NCBI GenBank assembly: GCA_038496445.1
Contig: JALMLS010000455.1
Location: 930,001-994,000 of the forward strand
Direction of reading: 5' to 3'
Source of the DNA: Trichosphaerium sp. ATCC 40318
Taxonomy: Eukaryota; Protista; Tubulinea
Length of the DNA stretch: 64,000 bases
Part shown: piece by piece, positions 52,201-64,000 of the stretch
Numbering within the stretch: the stretch's first letter is position 1
Layout: every line of letters begins with the position of its first letter
Notes under the pieces: model-generated
Seen by the model: the letters and a program-made list of their open reading frames with translations, nothing else
Databases searched by the model: none
Told to the model about the DNA's origin: nothing
Program-made: the position numbers and the translations under genes

Positions 52201-55200
52201 ATGGACAAAAGTAAATCCGCTCAAGGCGATTTTTTAGTTTTTAGTAAGCGTCTTATTGTTTTTTTTGAAGTTGTTATCAATAATCCTTATGTAGGTAAAA
52301 TATTAATTCTGGACAAGGGTTGTTTTTACAAAGGGACTTTAAAAAATGGTATCCGACATGGTAAAGGCGAACAGACATGGTACTGTGATAACGATGTTAG
52401 TGGTAAGAGAGTGTTTTTTGTGATGATTACCAAAAATACATAGGCTATGAAAATGGTAGCAAATACATTGGTGACTTTGTGGATGACAAGAAAACAGGAA
52501 AAGGAGAGTATTATTGGCCAAATGGTAACAAATACATCGGTGACTTTGTGGATGATAAGATAGCAGGAAAAGGAGAGTATTATTGGCCAGATGGTACCAA
52601 ATATATTGGTGACTTTGTGGATTACAAGAGAACAGGAAAAGGAGAGTATTATTGGCCAGATGGTTACAAATACATTGGCGACTTTGTGGATGACAAGAGA
52701 ACAGGAAAAGGAGAGTATTATTGGCCAAATGGTACCAAATACATTGGCGACTTTGTGGATGACAAGTTTACAGGAAAAGGAGAGCTTTATTATTATTGGC
52801 CAGGTGGTAGAAAATACATTGGTGACTTTGTGGATGACAAGTTAACAGGAAAAGGAGAGCTTTATTGGCCAGATGGTAGAAAATACATTGGTGACTTTGT
52901 GGATGACAAGAGAACAGGAAAAGGAGAGTTTTATTGGCCAGATGGTAAAAAATACATTGGTGACTTTGTGGATGGCAAGAGAACAGGAAAAGGAGAGTTT
53001 TATTGGCCAAATGGTAGCAAATACATCGGTGACTTTGTGGATGGCAACAGAACAGGAAAAGGAGAGCATTATTCACCAAGTGGTAGCAAATACATTGGTG
53101 ACTTTGTGGATGGCAAGTTTCTTAATCCGGCAGATACCAAGATTTCTGGAGAACCCAATCAACACGCCTTTTTCAAAATACCAATAATTTATACCAAAAG
53201 TACATCCACAGACATTAAAGATGTGTATGTATTTTTAAAAGATATGAAATATTTCAAGAAGCTGAATGACTGGTTTATAACTCCCACGTTTATTACTTTA
53301 CCAAATGACACTTTCAAAATATCATGTCAAAAATCCTTAATTTTTGAGATCCTTTCAAAAGAGACATTCACTCGAGTTGTTGAACGAATAAGACAACACA
53401 CAGATGAACACAATTGTGTCTGCGATGTGGTATTTGTTTATGATCTTTGTTTACATGACCCTGAGATATCATTACATCAAGGTACACACCAACAGTATTC
53501 TCATATTTAACTGTGCACTCACATTAATACCTTAGTTACAACTGTAGCACGTGAGATTCCAGGGGCACGTGTGATACCAATTAAGATAAATGACATTACA
53601 AAAGAACAATTTCAAGGTGAATATTACAGATCGTTGTCCCCTCAAAAAAAGCCATCAACTATTGCTTCTGGTATGGATCACACAGAATATGAATACATGA
53701 AGCAACTGAAAGCAAAATTGTTGGTTGTGGGTCATGGAGGATCAGGTATCCTCAAGCAATATGAGTTTCTTTACATTAACGTAAATACTAGGAAAGACAA
53801 CTTTAGTAAAGATGTTGTCAGGTGAGAAAGATGACAGTGTTGATTCAACAGTTGGCTTTGATACCTCTTCTCTATTGTGCGTTTGTTTGATATTCTATAT
53901 GAGACATAACACTGACACATGTAGATATGGTAATATATCATTCACTGTTTTAGACTTTGCTGGACAGATGGAATACAAAGGACTTCACAAGTATTTTTTC
54001 ACAAAACAACTTGCCATTTACGTCATTGTCGTACGTCTTAAGACCACGTGCACAAACATTTTCTTATCAATATTTATTTTTAGATTGACTTATCACTATC
54101 AATTGTGGAACAAAAGAAGCACTTGACACACTGGGTTCATACCCTTAGTAAGTTTTTGCGTGGCCAAGATGGAACATTCTACTCAGTGATAGTATATGGA
54201 TCCAAGTTGGATATTCATTCAGGAGACTTAGAAGACAATAAAAAAGCACTATACTCCTTCAATGGGATGAAATCGCCAGTGTACCTTGTGTTTTGCTTAG
54301 ATGGTACTCATTTTATTTTAAACTAAGCAAGTTTCCTAATGTTGTTTCAAAAGGTATCTCTGATCTTGAGAAGCAATTGAAGCGTCAGGCAAAATACATG
54401 AAGTCACAATACCCAAAAGTACCAACTCTTTATGACGAAGTACAAACAGCATTAAAGAAAGCAGTTGTGAAAAAGGATAAATTGAAGGGTAACATCTTAT
54501 CATTGTACGTTGAAGTATCATACATAAACACTGACGAATAACATTTTCATAGTGAACAAGTCATTAAACTATTACCTAAGACATGTAAAATGGCTCCAAT
54601 TGAGTTGGTTGCTTCGTTAAATTACCTTCACTCTATTGGTAGCATTATGTTTGATGAGGTACTGCTGCTTACCTAAAACCTTTTCTTTGTGCTTGAATTT
54701 GATTTAATTATCCTCTAGTCATCACACATGTTGTGTTTAGACCCTCCCATTCTATCTCATATTATGAGTGTCTTTGTTGCTCCTACAGAACACCTAAACA
54801 GACTATTGAATGACAAGTCTAGAAATCACTGTGCTGTATTCACAGATGCAGAGGCCCATTATCGCATCTCAAAGGTATTCAAACAGTGTACAATGGTTGA
54901 AGTGAAGCAAGTGATGAGATTCTTGGTTAAATTGTCATTTTGTGTTCGCTTGACAAAAGAAGAAAAGGTAACACTTTGTAACATATTTTTTTTATTGGTA
55001 CATTATTTACTTACTGTGGTTAGAAAGTGTACGGCTCAGATGGATATGTCATAATTTCATTATTGCCAAAAGCTGATATGTTGTACTTTCCACCTGTGAC
55101 AGAAAAGGAGTCCAGTATCAATCTAGTTAAAGAAGGAAAGGAGAAATTATCCATATTTTCTGAAGTGTTTTACTTGAGCAAGTTGCAAACAGAGTGGAGG

Positions 55201-57698
55201 TTACTATCATTCATACTTAAAAAAGATGATAGTTTTGAGACCAAGACGATTAAAACAATCAAAAAAACTTCTAATAGTCAAAAAATAGTACGTTTAGTCA
55301 CGTGTTCTCTTTGGTTTTTTTTCTCAATTTTTTCTTTGCTTTCTTGTTTATTGTTATTGTTGCTAAACAACCTTTAGTCACTTCCCGACAAATATGAGCA
55401 CATATCAGCCGTTTCAAAGTTCTTGGCTTATCAATTTACTTCTCCAGAAATGTCAATAGATGTGTTTAATAACTTGCAAACAAGATTAAGAGGAAAGCAC
55501 CGAAATAATGTTATTTATGCTTACAAAATATCTAGAGTTCCACAACAAAGAGTTCCGCCTATTTTCAAATCTGATTGTATTGAATGATTTTTATGGTAAC
55601 ACAATTGTGCTGTACTATAATAACCTTGCCATAAACATTGTGATCAGAGGCAAGGTGCCGTGGTTATGGAAGGTACGATAGCAAATATCATAGTTAAGTA
55701 TTGTCATAATTCATATCTATGTTTAGAAATGTATTGGATCATACTTAGCATCATTGGAAGGTAAACAAGTCCAGCTATGCCCTGCAAGTATTCAAAACGG
55801 TCACATTGTTGTTGCTACAAAACCTCCATATAAGTTTGAACAAACAGGTAACCACAATGTGAATGTCAACTTTGCTTACAACAACCTGATAGGAGATATT
55901 GTCACTGCCTCTCACTTGAAAGAGGGCTTTCCTGTTCTGACAATAAGCCGAAATAGCTTTTGGAGCAGTCTTCATGGTGAACAATTTTTAACACAAGGCG
56001 ATTGGAAAGAGAACAAGAAAAAGTATCCAGGTTTGAGATGGACTTCTCTCACAAGCAACGAAACAACTAAAGTATGTGAAACACTTTTCTAACTTGGCAT
56101 TCAGACTTTGTATTTCATCTTTGCTGACTGATCTAAAAAAGGAGCGTTGTGATGAGTACTTGAGAGCTCGCAATATGTTCTACAAGTTTATGGGTACTGA
56201 GAGTGAGTCGTTCTTTAAACTTGAAAAGATTGTATTCTTTGACAATCAAACACTTGAAGCTGCATTCCAAAAAAAATATGAACAGCTTGTTGCTAAAGTA
56301 CTTCAATCTAAATCTTCAAGTAAGTGATTGTGAACATTTGCTAGCAATTCTTATTAATCCATCATTTAGATATTAACGATAGCAGTTTGAGTGCAGTTGA
56401 TAAAAAGAAACTTGAAGCACAAGAACGGACAATGAACCATTTGAAAAACTATATTCTCCGTGTTTCTGGTAATGAGCAAATCAATCTCATTGGTGGGTTT
56501 CATGGCACAACAGAGGTACTGTCATCATATTAAGTATGCCACTTATACGCACACATAGGATACCAGTTTCTTAATTGCGACCAACAACTTCAGAGAGCCA
56601 ACAAAGTCAAAAGACAAGAAGAAAGATGAAGGATTCTTTGGTACAACGTTTACATTACTGCTTTTTTCAATGTGCACGTGTCTAATTTACTGTATTACAA
56701 AGGGAATGGCATCTACTTTACACAATACCCAGACTACGGTACGTGTTTATAGTCATGCGCTTGAAGTTAATAGAGCTGTTGTAGGAAAGGTGTATGCTGA
56801 GTGGAACAAGACAGATACTCCTTGTATGCTGATATCGTGGGTGATGATGGGAAAACCTTATCCAGCTACTGAGGTTCCTAACTTTGATGATCCAAACAGC
56901 CTGTATGGAAAAGGATGCAAGGTAATCCATTGAAATTACCCATTAGGCTAACAATGTAAAAATAGGATGGATACGATTCACACTATGCCATTGTTAAAAA
57001 AAAAACAAGTGCTCGCAATTGCTATCCTTGTAAAAAACATGAAAAACCAGACTTTGATGAAATTGTTGTATTCTCCAACAAACAAGTACTAATTCACCAC
57101 AGTTATTTTAATTAACATTCTATTGTAAAAGATTCTGCCGAGATACCTTGTTTATTATCAAAGCACAAATACTATCAATCTATCACAGTTCAACATCAAG
57201 TACAGAGATGCAAAGTGTCTCATCTTATGGGTTGACGATAACTTATCCAATGAGAACAAAGAGATTGTCAAGCTATTAAAAGCTCGGCCAAAGAAAACAG
57301 AGGTACACAAACCAAATGGAATATGTTGAAGGGGTACTAACACTCCAAAAGGTTTTGTCAATGATGTCATCCTCAGAGGTTTTGGGATGGCTTCAAAAGT
57401 TTAAAGGATATTGTAATAACAGGCTACGTATTATAACAAACAGGTACCGTAAAGGTGATGGCGATGAGAATGCAGCAGAGCACTTGGTGAAAAGTATAAT
57501 TAAGCAAAATAAGAAATGGAGTAAAATACCTATTCTTGTGTTTTGTGGTACGTGTGTAACACAACAACAATCGATTGTATCGATGTTAAACATGCTCATA
57601 TTTTGAATCTAGGAAACAAAGCAAAAGTCAAGTACCTCAAAAAGAAATACAAGAATGTTTCAGTCACAGATAATCCTGCAGATGTATTAGCCTTGTAA
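52201..57698 (+). CDS. MORN-Roc-COR-PARP-pseudoreceiver Roco protein, copy 4 (intact only if a GA-donor intron is spliced)
   Basis: ATG 52201; exons 52201-52243, 52295-52402, then the array; all Roc, COR, PARP and receiver motifs present; TAA 57696-57698; 43-nt GA..AG segment 55493-55535. Confidence 0.85.
52460..53120 (+). repeat. MORN array of copy 4: 10 GDF units
   Basis: 69-bp tandem units in and just upstream of ORF 52479..53510; one unit has a TAT expansion (ELYYYWP). Confidence 0.94.
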
Positions 57699-57908
57699 AC
57701 AAACCCAAGTTTAACTAAAAACATATCACAGATCATAGCGATTTCATTAGACTTTATACGCTACGAATCCCTTTCATTGAGTACCGACTAACTTGTCAGG
57801 GATAGAACAGGACAATGTTCACCTTTTTTCTCAATAAACCAAAGTCTTCGTTTTAGCTTGAAGATTAATTTATTTTTTTTTGTTAATTCTGTACAATCGG
57901 TTCTATTT

Positions 57909-59782
57909 CTAAACCCTGTATACCTTCATTACACGTTCTACAGGTAGCCTACACCAAGGGCATTGATCAAGCTTTGTTGCGCATCCTTGGCAAAGGCCTT
58001 GGTGACCTAAACAAACAAGGGTGTCAAAAAAAAACCATTCGCTTCAAAAAAAAGACTGGACAATAAAAAATCTCGTACCGCAGTTGAGCAAGACGCAATC
58101 CACTTTATGGACATAACATACTTTACATAATGCGCCCCATTCATCACCATTCTCTGGTTCTGGTTCTGTACCCTTAGCATCATCCTTAAAACGAAGAACA
58201 GTCAGCATTGTAACACTTTGGCAGTTCAAATTAAAAAAAAGGTTTAACGCACTAGTTGAGGGTCAGTTGCGCCATAGTTAAGGCTCTTGACATAATCAGT
58301 AACAATACGATCCTTTTCAGTTTGTTCTTGAGGTTGAGGTTGTATAGGTTGTATGGCTGGGTTTGGCTAACACTCAGAGTTAAAATAAAAAGGAATTTTT
58401 TTTTGAAAACAAAAAAAAAAAGAGGTAACATACTGCAGCGTATATAAAACGATTACGTGCTTGTCTTCTTCTACAACGTCTTGCCAATATTATAACAAAT
58501 GCAATGAAGAAAATTGGTAGTATAATACAGAGCATGATAATGTACTACAAAATAAATAAGATGACAATCAGATGCAAAGTAGCTAAAAAAAAGGTTTTTT
58601 GTAAGAAAAAAGAGCTGCAGTGAACTAACTCGCCCTGGTGTAGTTCAAAATTTTATTCCTAGGAATTGTTGTGCATATAACTTCTTTTTATTAGTTAATT
58701 CAGTGGGAAGCATGAAAGTAATTTTAGTGGTGAGAACAAAAAGAAAAGAGCAGAAAAAAAAATACAAAGAAATTAGACTTCAACTGATTGCGTTCCCACC
58801 GATCGTGAGTCAGTTGTTAGTTTGAAAAATCCGTTGATATGTATAGCTTATTTATAATTAAAAAAGATTCATCAAAAAGGTCTCCAGATGCAGTAATTTG
58901 TGCGCAAAAAAAAAAAAAAAAGAAAATAAAAAAATAGGAACTCACCATTTTAGGTCCAAAAAATTGGTATGAAGTGTTGCTATCACATGTGAACCATATA
59001 GTCGTCCTAGGCGTTTTCTCACCTTTAAAAAAAATACATTATAACCCATACTACTTATATGAGAAAAAAAACATAGGAACTACTTCCAACACGTGTCGTA
59101 TGTGTCATAAATCACGTGCAATAGAAAAAAAAAAGTGAAAAAAAAAAACAAAAAAAAGACGGAAGAAAGTAAATCCTTTCAATCCTATTTTCTTGTTGAC
59201 CGTCCAAGCGTTTCGTACCATAAACATCATCTAAGTAGAGAGAATATGTAAAGTATGACCCATCCGTTGTTCCTGATTTACAATAAATAGCTCCAGGCCA
59301 TACCAAAGGGTTCTCGCTGCTTGTCCAAGTGTACTCCTCATCTTCGCAATCTAAACGAAATGTAAGTCTAAATCAAACGCGCCTGGAACCCTTTGAGCCT
59401 TTTAGGGGGTTTTTGTAGATTTACTTCAAAAAAAGCTCTGTTGTTGTTTTGTTTACTTACCAGCGCAGTCACTTCCGTAGTATTCTAAATGCCCTGTGAT
59501 AGGATATGTAGGATCACCTGTTATCACAATCGTTTAGTAAAAAATACGGGACGGACAAGTTGACTGAATTTCTCTAATCTCACCAGTGTACGGTATTTTA
59601 AGGTCACTTCCAGGTGAGCCTGCTGTTACGTGACTTGGGTGATCTGTAGGACCCATACTAAATCCATTCGCGCAAACTACTTAGAATTACGTGGTTAGAC
59701 GATAAATTATGTTTGCTTCGCGTGATTGTTCGTTACCTATCAATGAAAACGTAAACACGAATAAAACGCCTAATGCGCTCAT
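57909..59782 (-). CDS. Signal-peptide/transmembrane protein with C-terminal C3HC4 RING (putative E3 ligase)
   Basis: MSALGVLFVFTFSLI..; hydrophobic segment ~58500-58580; CKVCYVHKVDCVLLNCGHQGLCQGCATKLDQCPWCRLPV. Confidence 0.75.
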
Positions 59783-60104
59783 TTCAACCTTTTCGTGGCT
59801 GTATAGGCTCCTAGATATGTACGAAAGCTACAGTGAAGATTACTAATGTTGACCGTTGTAACGCATTTGCTGCGAGCAGATTCTGTGCTTTAACCACCAC
59901 TCCAGTAATACATCGTAGGGAACACTTAATTGGTGAGAATAACTATTGTTGCAACACAAGCCCGCGTTTTTGCTTTATTCTTCTCTTTACTTCGTTTGTA
60001 AAGCGTAATTGATACAAACAGAGGTTGTTTTAACAAATTCAAGGTTTCTTTATCTCGGACGTATCTACAATAACACTACACGCTACAAAACATAGTCACA
60101 CAAA

Positions 60105-61751
60105 ATGTTAGCTCGTTTTACGAAAGCTGTGCCAAAAACAGATCCAACTAAACAATTCAAGTACGTCAATACCCAAAACACACTCAACGTCACCAAATAA
60201 CTGGTGACGTGTTGCTCTTTCAACGAAAAATCAACTTTTTTTTTGACACATTGCATACTTTTAGGATTGTAACTTATAACGTTCTGGCGTCTTGTTGGTA
60301 TGTACTTCGTTTATAACTGATAATAATAATAACATAAGATATTTTAGGGGTGAACCATTCCCAGAGGATTATCCTTATGTAGTAGATAAGAATCACTTGA
60401 CATGGGGATACAGAGAGCCATTGGTACTTGCTAATTTTTTTGTTCGAAAAAGAAACAAACAATTCGTTGACATTTTAAGTGACGGGTCAAGAAGTTTAGT
60501 GTTTCGAACCGAGCTTTAATAGCCCTTTCCCTACGCGGATTTGAATTTATTTCTTAATTTCTTCCACGTACCTCACTGCAAGAGCTGAGTTTTGATCTTT
60601 CGAATATTGTATTATATTTTATTCTTATTCGGATTTTTTTAGCTTCAAAAGGAGATCTTAGAAATGGATGCAGATATTTATTGCTTACAAGAAGTTGAGT
60701 TTGATACTTGGGATAAATTTAAGAAACCAATTGAAGATGCTGGTTACACGACACTGCTTCAAAATGACCCAAAAAGGTAGCATCATTTTTTCGTTTCAAC
60801 AATTTAACTTTCCGTTGAAGGGCTGCTAAGCAAAAGACAGCAAATGCTATTATGTACAAGAAACGTTTTTCTCTTCTATGGGAAGATCATAGAAGTCGTG
60901 CCGTCATAGCAGGATTTAACGATTCTGAAGGTGGCAACAAGAAAGTAATAGTTGCAAACGTGGTATGTTTCTACTTCTTTCTTGGTACTAAGTTCTTTTA
61001 ATCTAATTATAAAAATGTAGCACTTGCACGGAAATCCAAAGGAGCCAGAGCAACGATTTTTCCAGACGAGAAGCTTGCTTAAGCAAATCCGTAAAGGGAA
61101 AAATAAATTCGATAAAAATGGTAAATAACCAAATCTTTTCAGAAAAGTATCTTGATTTGACTTCTTGTTCCTTAGAGAAAGCGCATATGATTATTATCGG
61201 TGATTGTAACGAAGGTCCTAATTGCAGTGTTTTTAAAATGCTAACAACTGGTACGTTAACCCATGTTACAGCTGCTCGACGTGCTATTAGAATTTTTTTT
61301 GCTTATTTTTGTACTAACTATTTTTGTTTTACAGGCAAACTTGAGAGTGGTTACAAGGACCCAGACACTTCTGTTGTTGTTACATCAAAGAACTTTCAAC
61401 ACGAGTTCAAATTCTCTAGCGCATATAAAGATCACTTGACTACACCAACTTTCTTTGTACGAACACGTTTCACTACATTTAGAAATATCGTTGATTGTTT
61501 TGACACTTTTCTCTTCTTTGGAAGAATTTTTTTTCCGTTAATCTATACTGTACTGATTGTAGTAAATATAGGAAGCAGATCCAAGTCATTATAAGATAGA
61601 TTTCTTGTATTACAGCTATGATACATTGAAATCTATAGGCGTGATGGAACCTTTCGATAAAACAAATGATAAGGCTATTTTGGCTGGATTACCAAACGCA
61701 CAGCATCCCTCTGATCACGTGCCTATAGGAGCAATATTAGAATACTTGTAG
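60105..61751 (+). CDS. CCR4/nocturnin-like EEP-family phosphoesterase
   Basis: IVTYNVLA, ADIYCLQEV, VANVHL, IIGDCN, IDFLYY, PNAQHPSDHVPIGA. Confidence 0.88.
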
Positions 61752-62029
61752 ACATTCTGTACAGAGAGAAAAACCACGGTTGAATCCTGGTTCTGTTCTG
61801 TGAATGAGTTAATTAAACAATTGTATTTTTTTGCTATTTCTGCGCGTGAACGATTATTACGAAAACACCTATGTACTAATATTAGGTCGTTTTGGTTTCC
61901 CAAAATTCTGCTTCATAAATGAAAGCCCAAGTTCAAGTTATTGACCAAGTCACGTGCTACTTGAAACAAATTGACTGCGCGAAAGAAATGTTTTTCAATT
62001 AAAATTATAAGTGGCAAGAGCGGTGTTAA

Positions 62030-64000
62030 ATGTCGCTTTTTGATGACTCTTCCGAATCAGGCGACGCTGGTTGGGCTAGCGTAGAAGAAAAAAGCGTACA
62101 CAATCAAACTTTTGTCATTGGAAAATTCTAACTTTGTTTTGAATAGGGCTCTGATGGTTTATTCTTCTCTGACGGCGAAAAAGAATCATCAGAAGATGAA
62201 GCACCAGCTTCCCGTGACCAACTCGCCGCAGCATTTACAGCAGCATTATCAGGGCAACCCAGTACGTTTATTAGGCCTATTTACCAAGTATTTGCTTATT
62301 TCTCGTTTAGAAAAACCAAAGGTACCAGAAGTGGCTTCTATGTTCATAAGTATACCTAAAAACAACGTAATTAACCATAAATACTAGCCTACGCCAAAAA
62401 GCGCCGATTTAGCTTCAGAATCTGGTTTTGATGACGACGAAGAGTCTATATTCGATAAAGACGACGACGCTAGCGAAAAAGAAGGCGAATCATCATCGTC
62501 TGGTTCAGAATCAGGATCATCTGGATCATCTGGATCATCTTCGTCTGGCTCTTCTGGTTCTACAAGCTCTTCTGGCTCCTCATCTGGGTCGTACTCATCT
62601 AGTAGTGGTTCTGGAAGTAGCACTAGTAGTGGAAGCGAGAGTGGAAGTAGTAGTGGTAGTGAGAGCGCAAGCGATGAAGCTGAAAAGGTAACTAAAAAGC
62701 GTCACGTTTTTTTTATTTTTTTTGAGAAATCGCGTTGATTGTCACGTGCATGTATTTAAATTGCGTTTTAAATTTATTACCAGTATTTAATATCCAATAG
62801 GCAGCTGAAGAAGAAGCGCCAAAAGAATCTATTTACGCTGGAGAAGGTATTTATTTTTTTGTTTTCACGTGTTTTTTTCTTAATTTGTTATAGAGGGCGA
62901 AGCAGCTCCAGAGGGTGAAGAAGATGCTGTTGAAGAAGTGGAAGACACCAGAAAGGCTTGGGAAAGACCTTGGACACTTGATGAGATGAAAGAGTCTGCT
63001 GATATTTGGACACTGGCTTCAGACGCTGGCGTATGTTTTATTTTTCGAAAATGCTTGATTTTTTTTCGTCACGTTTCTTAGATGGTTTGTTTAACTCTGT
63101 TGTTTAGTTGCTTAATTATCTCACACAGTTTTCTAATAACCTCATAAGTAAGACTAAAGAGGTTGAAGACTCAGTAGATGATCTATGCTTTTCAGCAGAA
63201 GGAGCTGAGATTAGATTACATAATACTTTTAATGCTTTTCTTCAGTTGGCAAACTCCCAGTTCGTTGAGAACGTAAGCAACCTTTTGGTTTAGTACTAGT
63301 CGTACTCTCATATACCTAACGAAAGATAGCGTGTTGATAATGAGGATCCTAAAGAAGAAGCTACCACAACAGAGAACGCAGAGCCAGCCGTAAGTTAAAT
63401 AAGGCTTGATAGTGTTATTTATTTTTTAATTTTTTCTTTTTTAGACAGAAAATGGTGATGCTGTTCCTAATGGTGATACACCTAATCCTGATGGAGAAGG
63501 TGCTACAGAGAATGGTGAAACAAAAGAAGATCCTGTAAATACGCTTATGCCTAAATACACTGAAGCAATCAAGGTACAGTTCACTTCCAGTGTTTTAATG
63601 TTTAACTACTGCCATTGAAATTCTCTTATTCGTGCTAGTACGCTATTGAGGCTCTAGAAATGTCTACTCTTCAAGCAGAAGAAGAGGCACAATTAGAAAT
63701 GGAAGAAGATGCTATGATTGGCGAAAAGGAGAATATTGTGTATGGTGGTCAACATGTCTCTCCAGAAGTAAGCTTTTCAATATTTTTTCTTTATATCCGC
63801 TCTTTGCTTATATGTTTGTTTCTGTAGAATGAATTTTCTCGTCGACCTCTTCCTTTTATTATTGGTACTACTGACTGGCAACAAGATGACTTTGTCGGTT
63901 TATACATGGCACCAGAAGAAGATTCAGATGAGGTAAACAAAGTCCTTATTTCTTTTTTTTTTCTCTATTTTGTTGTGGCTCTCATCTGGCTTCTCTTCTT
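62030..64000 (+). CDS. WASHC2: WASH complex subunit 2 (FAM21), 5' part, runs off the window
   Basis: WERPWTLDEM..WTLASDAG|LLNYLTQFS..HNTFNAFLQLANSQFVEN and RPLPFIIGT are the conserved FAM21 N-terminal region; Ser/Gly-rich extension upstream. Confidence 0.85.

Noticed and set aside
62384-62691. ORFs 62384..62623 (-) and 62428..62691 (+)
   Set aside because: Off-frame readings of the Ser/Gly-rich low-complexity exon of FAM21.
1-64000. tRNA/rRNA genes, autonomous transposase or reverse transcriptase, diversity-generating retroelement, alternative genetic code
   Set aside because: None recognised; no RT or template repeat seen; MORN variation is not adenine-specific; TAA, TAG and TGA all end genes.

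Overview
AT-rich, intron-dense eukaryotic DNA with short (~40-60 nt) spliceosomal introns and the standard genetic code. The gene content suggests an amoebozoan protist (inference): cyclopropylsterol isomerase, DlpA/DRP5-type dynamin, cAMP-receptor-like GPCR, Zn2Cys6 factor, FAM21 and Roco GTPases. The dominant feature is four paralogous ~5.2-5.6 kb genes (908-6261 +, 8806-14418 +, 27189-32379 -, 52201-57698 +). Spliced by hand, each encodes a MORN-repeat array, a degenerate GTPase-like linker, a Roc GTPase, COR, a PARP-type ADP-ribosyltransferase (H-Y-E triad) and a C-terminal pseudo-receiver domain. The MORN arrays are 69-bp DNA tandem repeats in one exon and differ in unit number (8, 15, 6, 10) and at specific positions, while the switch/effector part is nearly identical and mosaic between copies. 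This resembles a diversifying, NLR-like sensor-switch-effector receptor family with an NAD+-consuming effector. Also present: housekeeping genes, two copies of a MITE with 8-bp target duplications, decayed LRR, MORN-variant and RING fragments, a small secreted His/Arg-rich peptide gene missed by the ORF track, and GC and GA splice donors in the paralogs. Gene models were assembled by eye, so internal exon boundaries are approximate.
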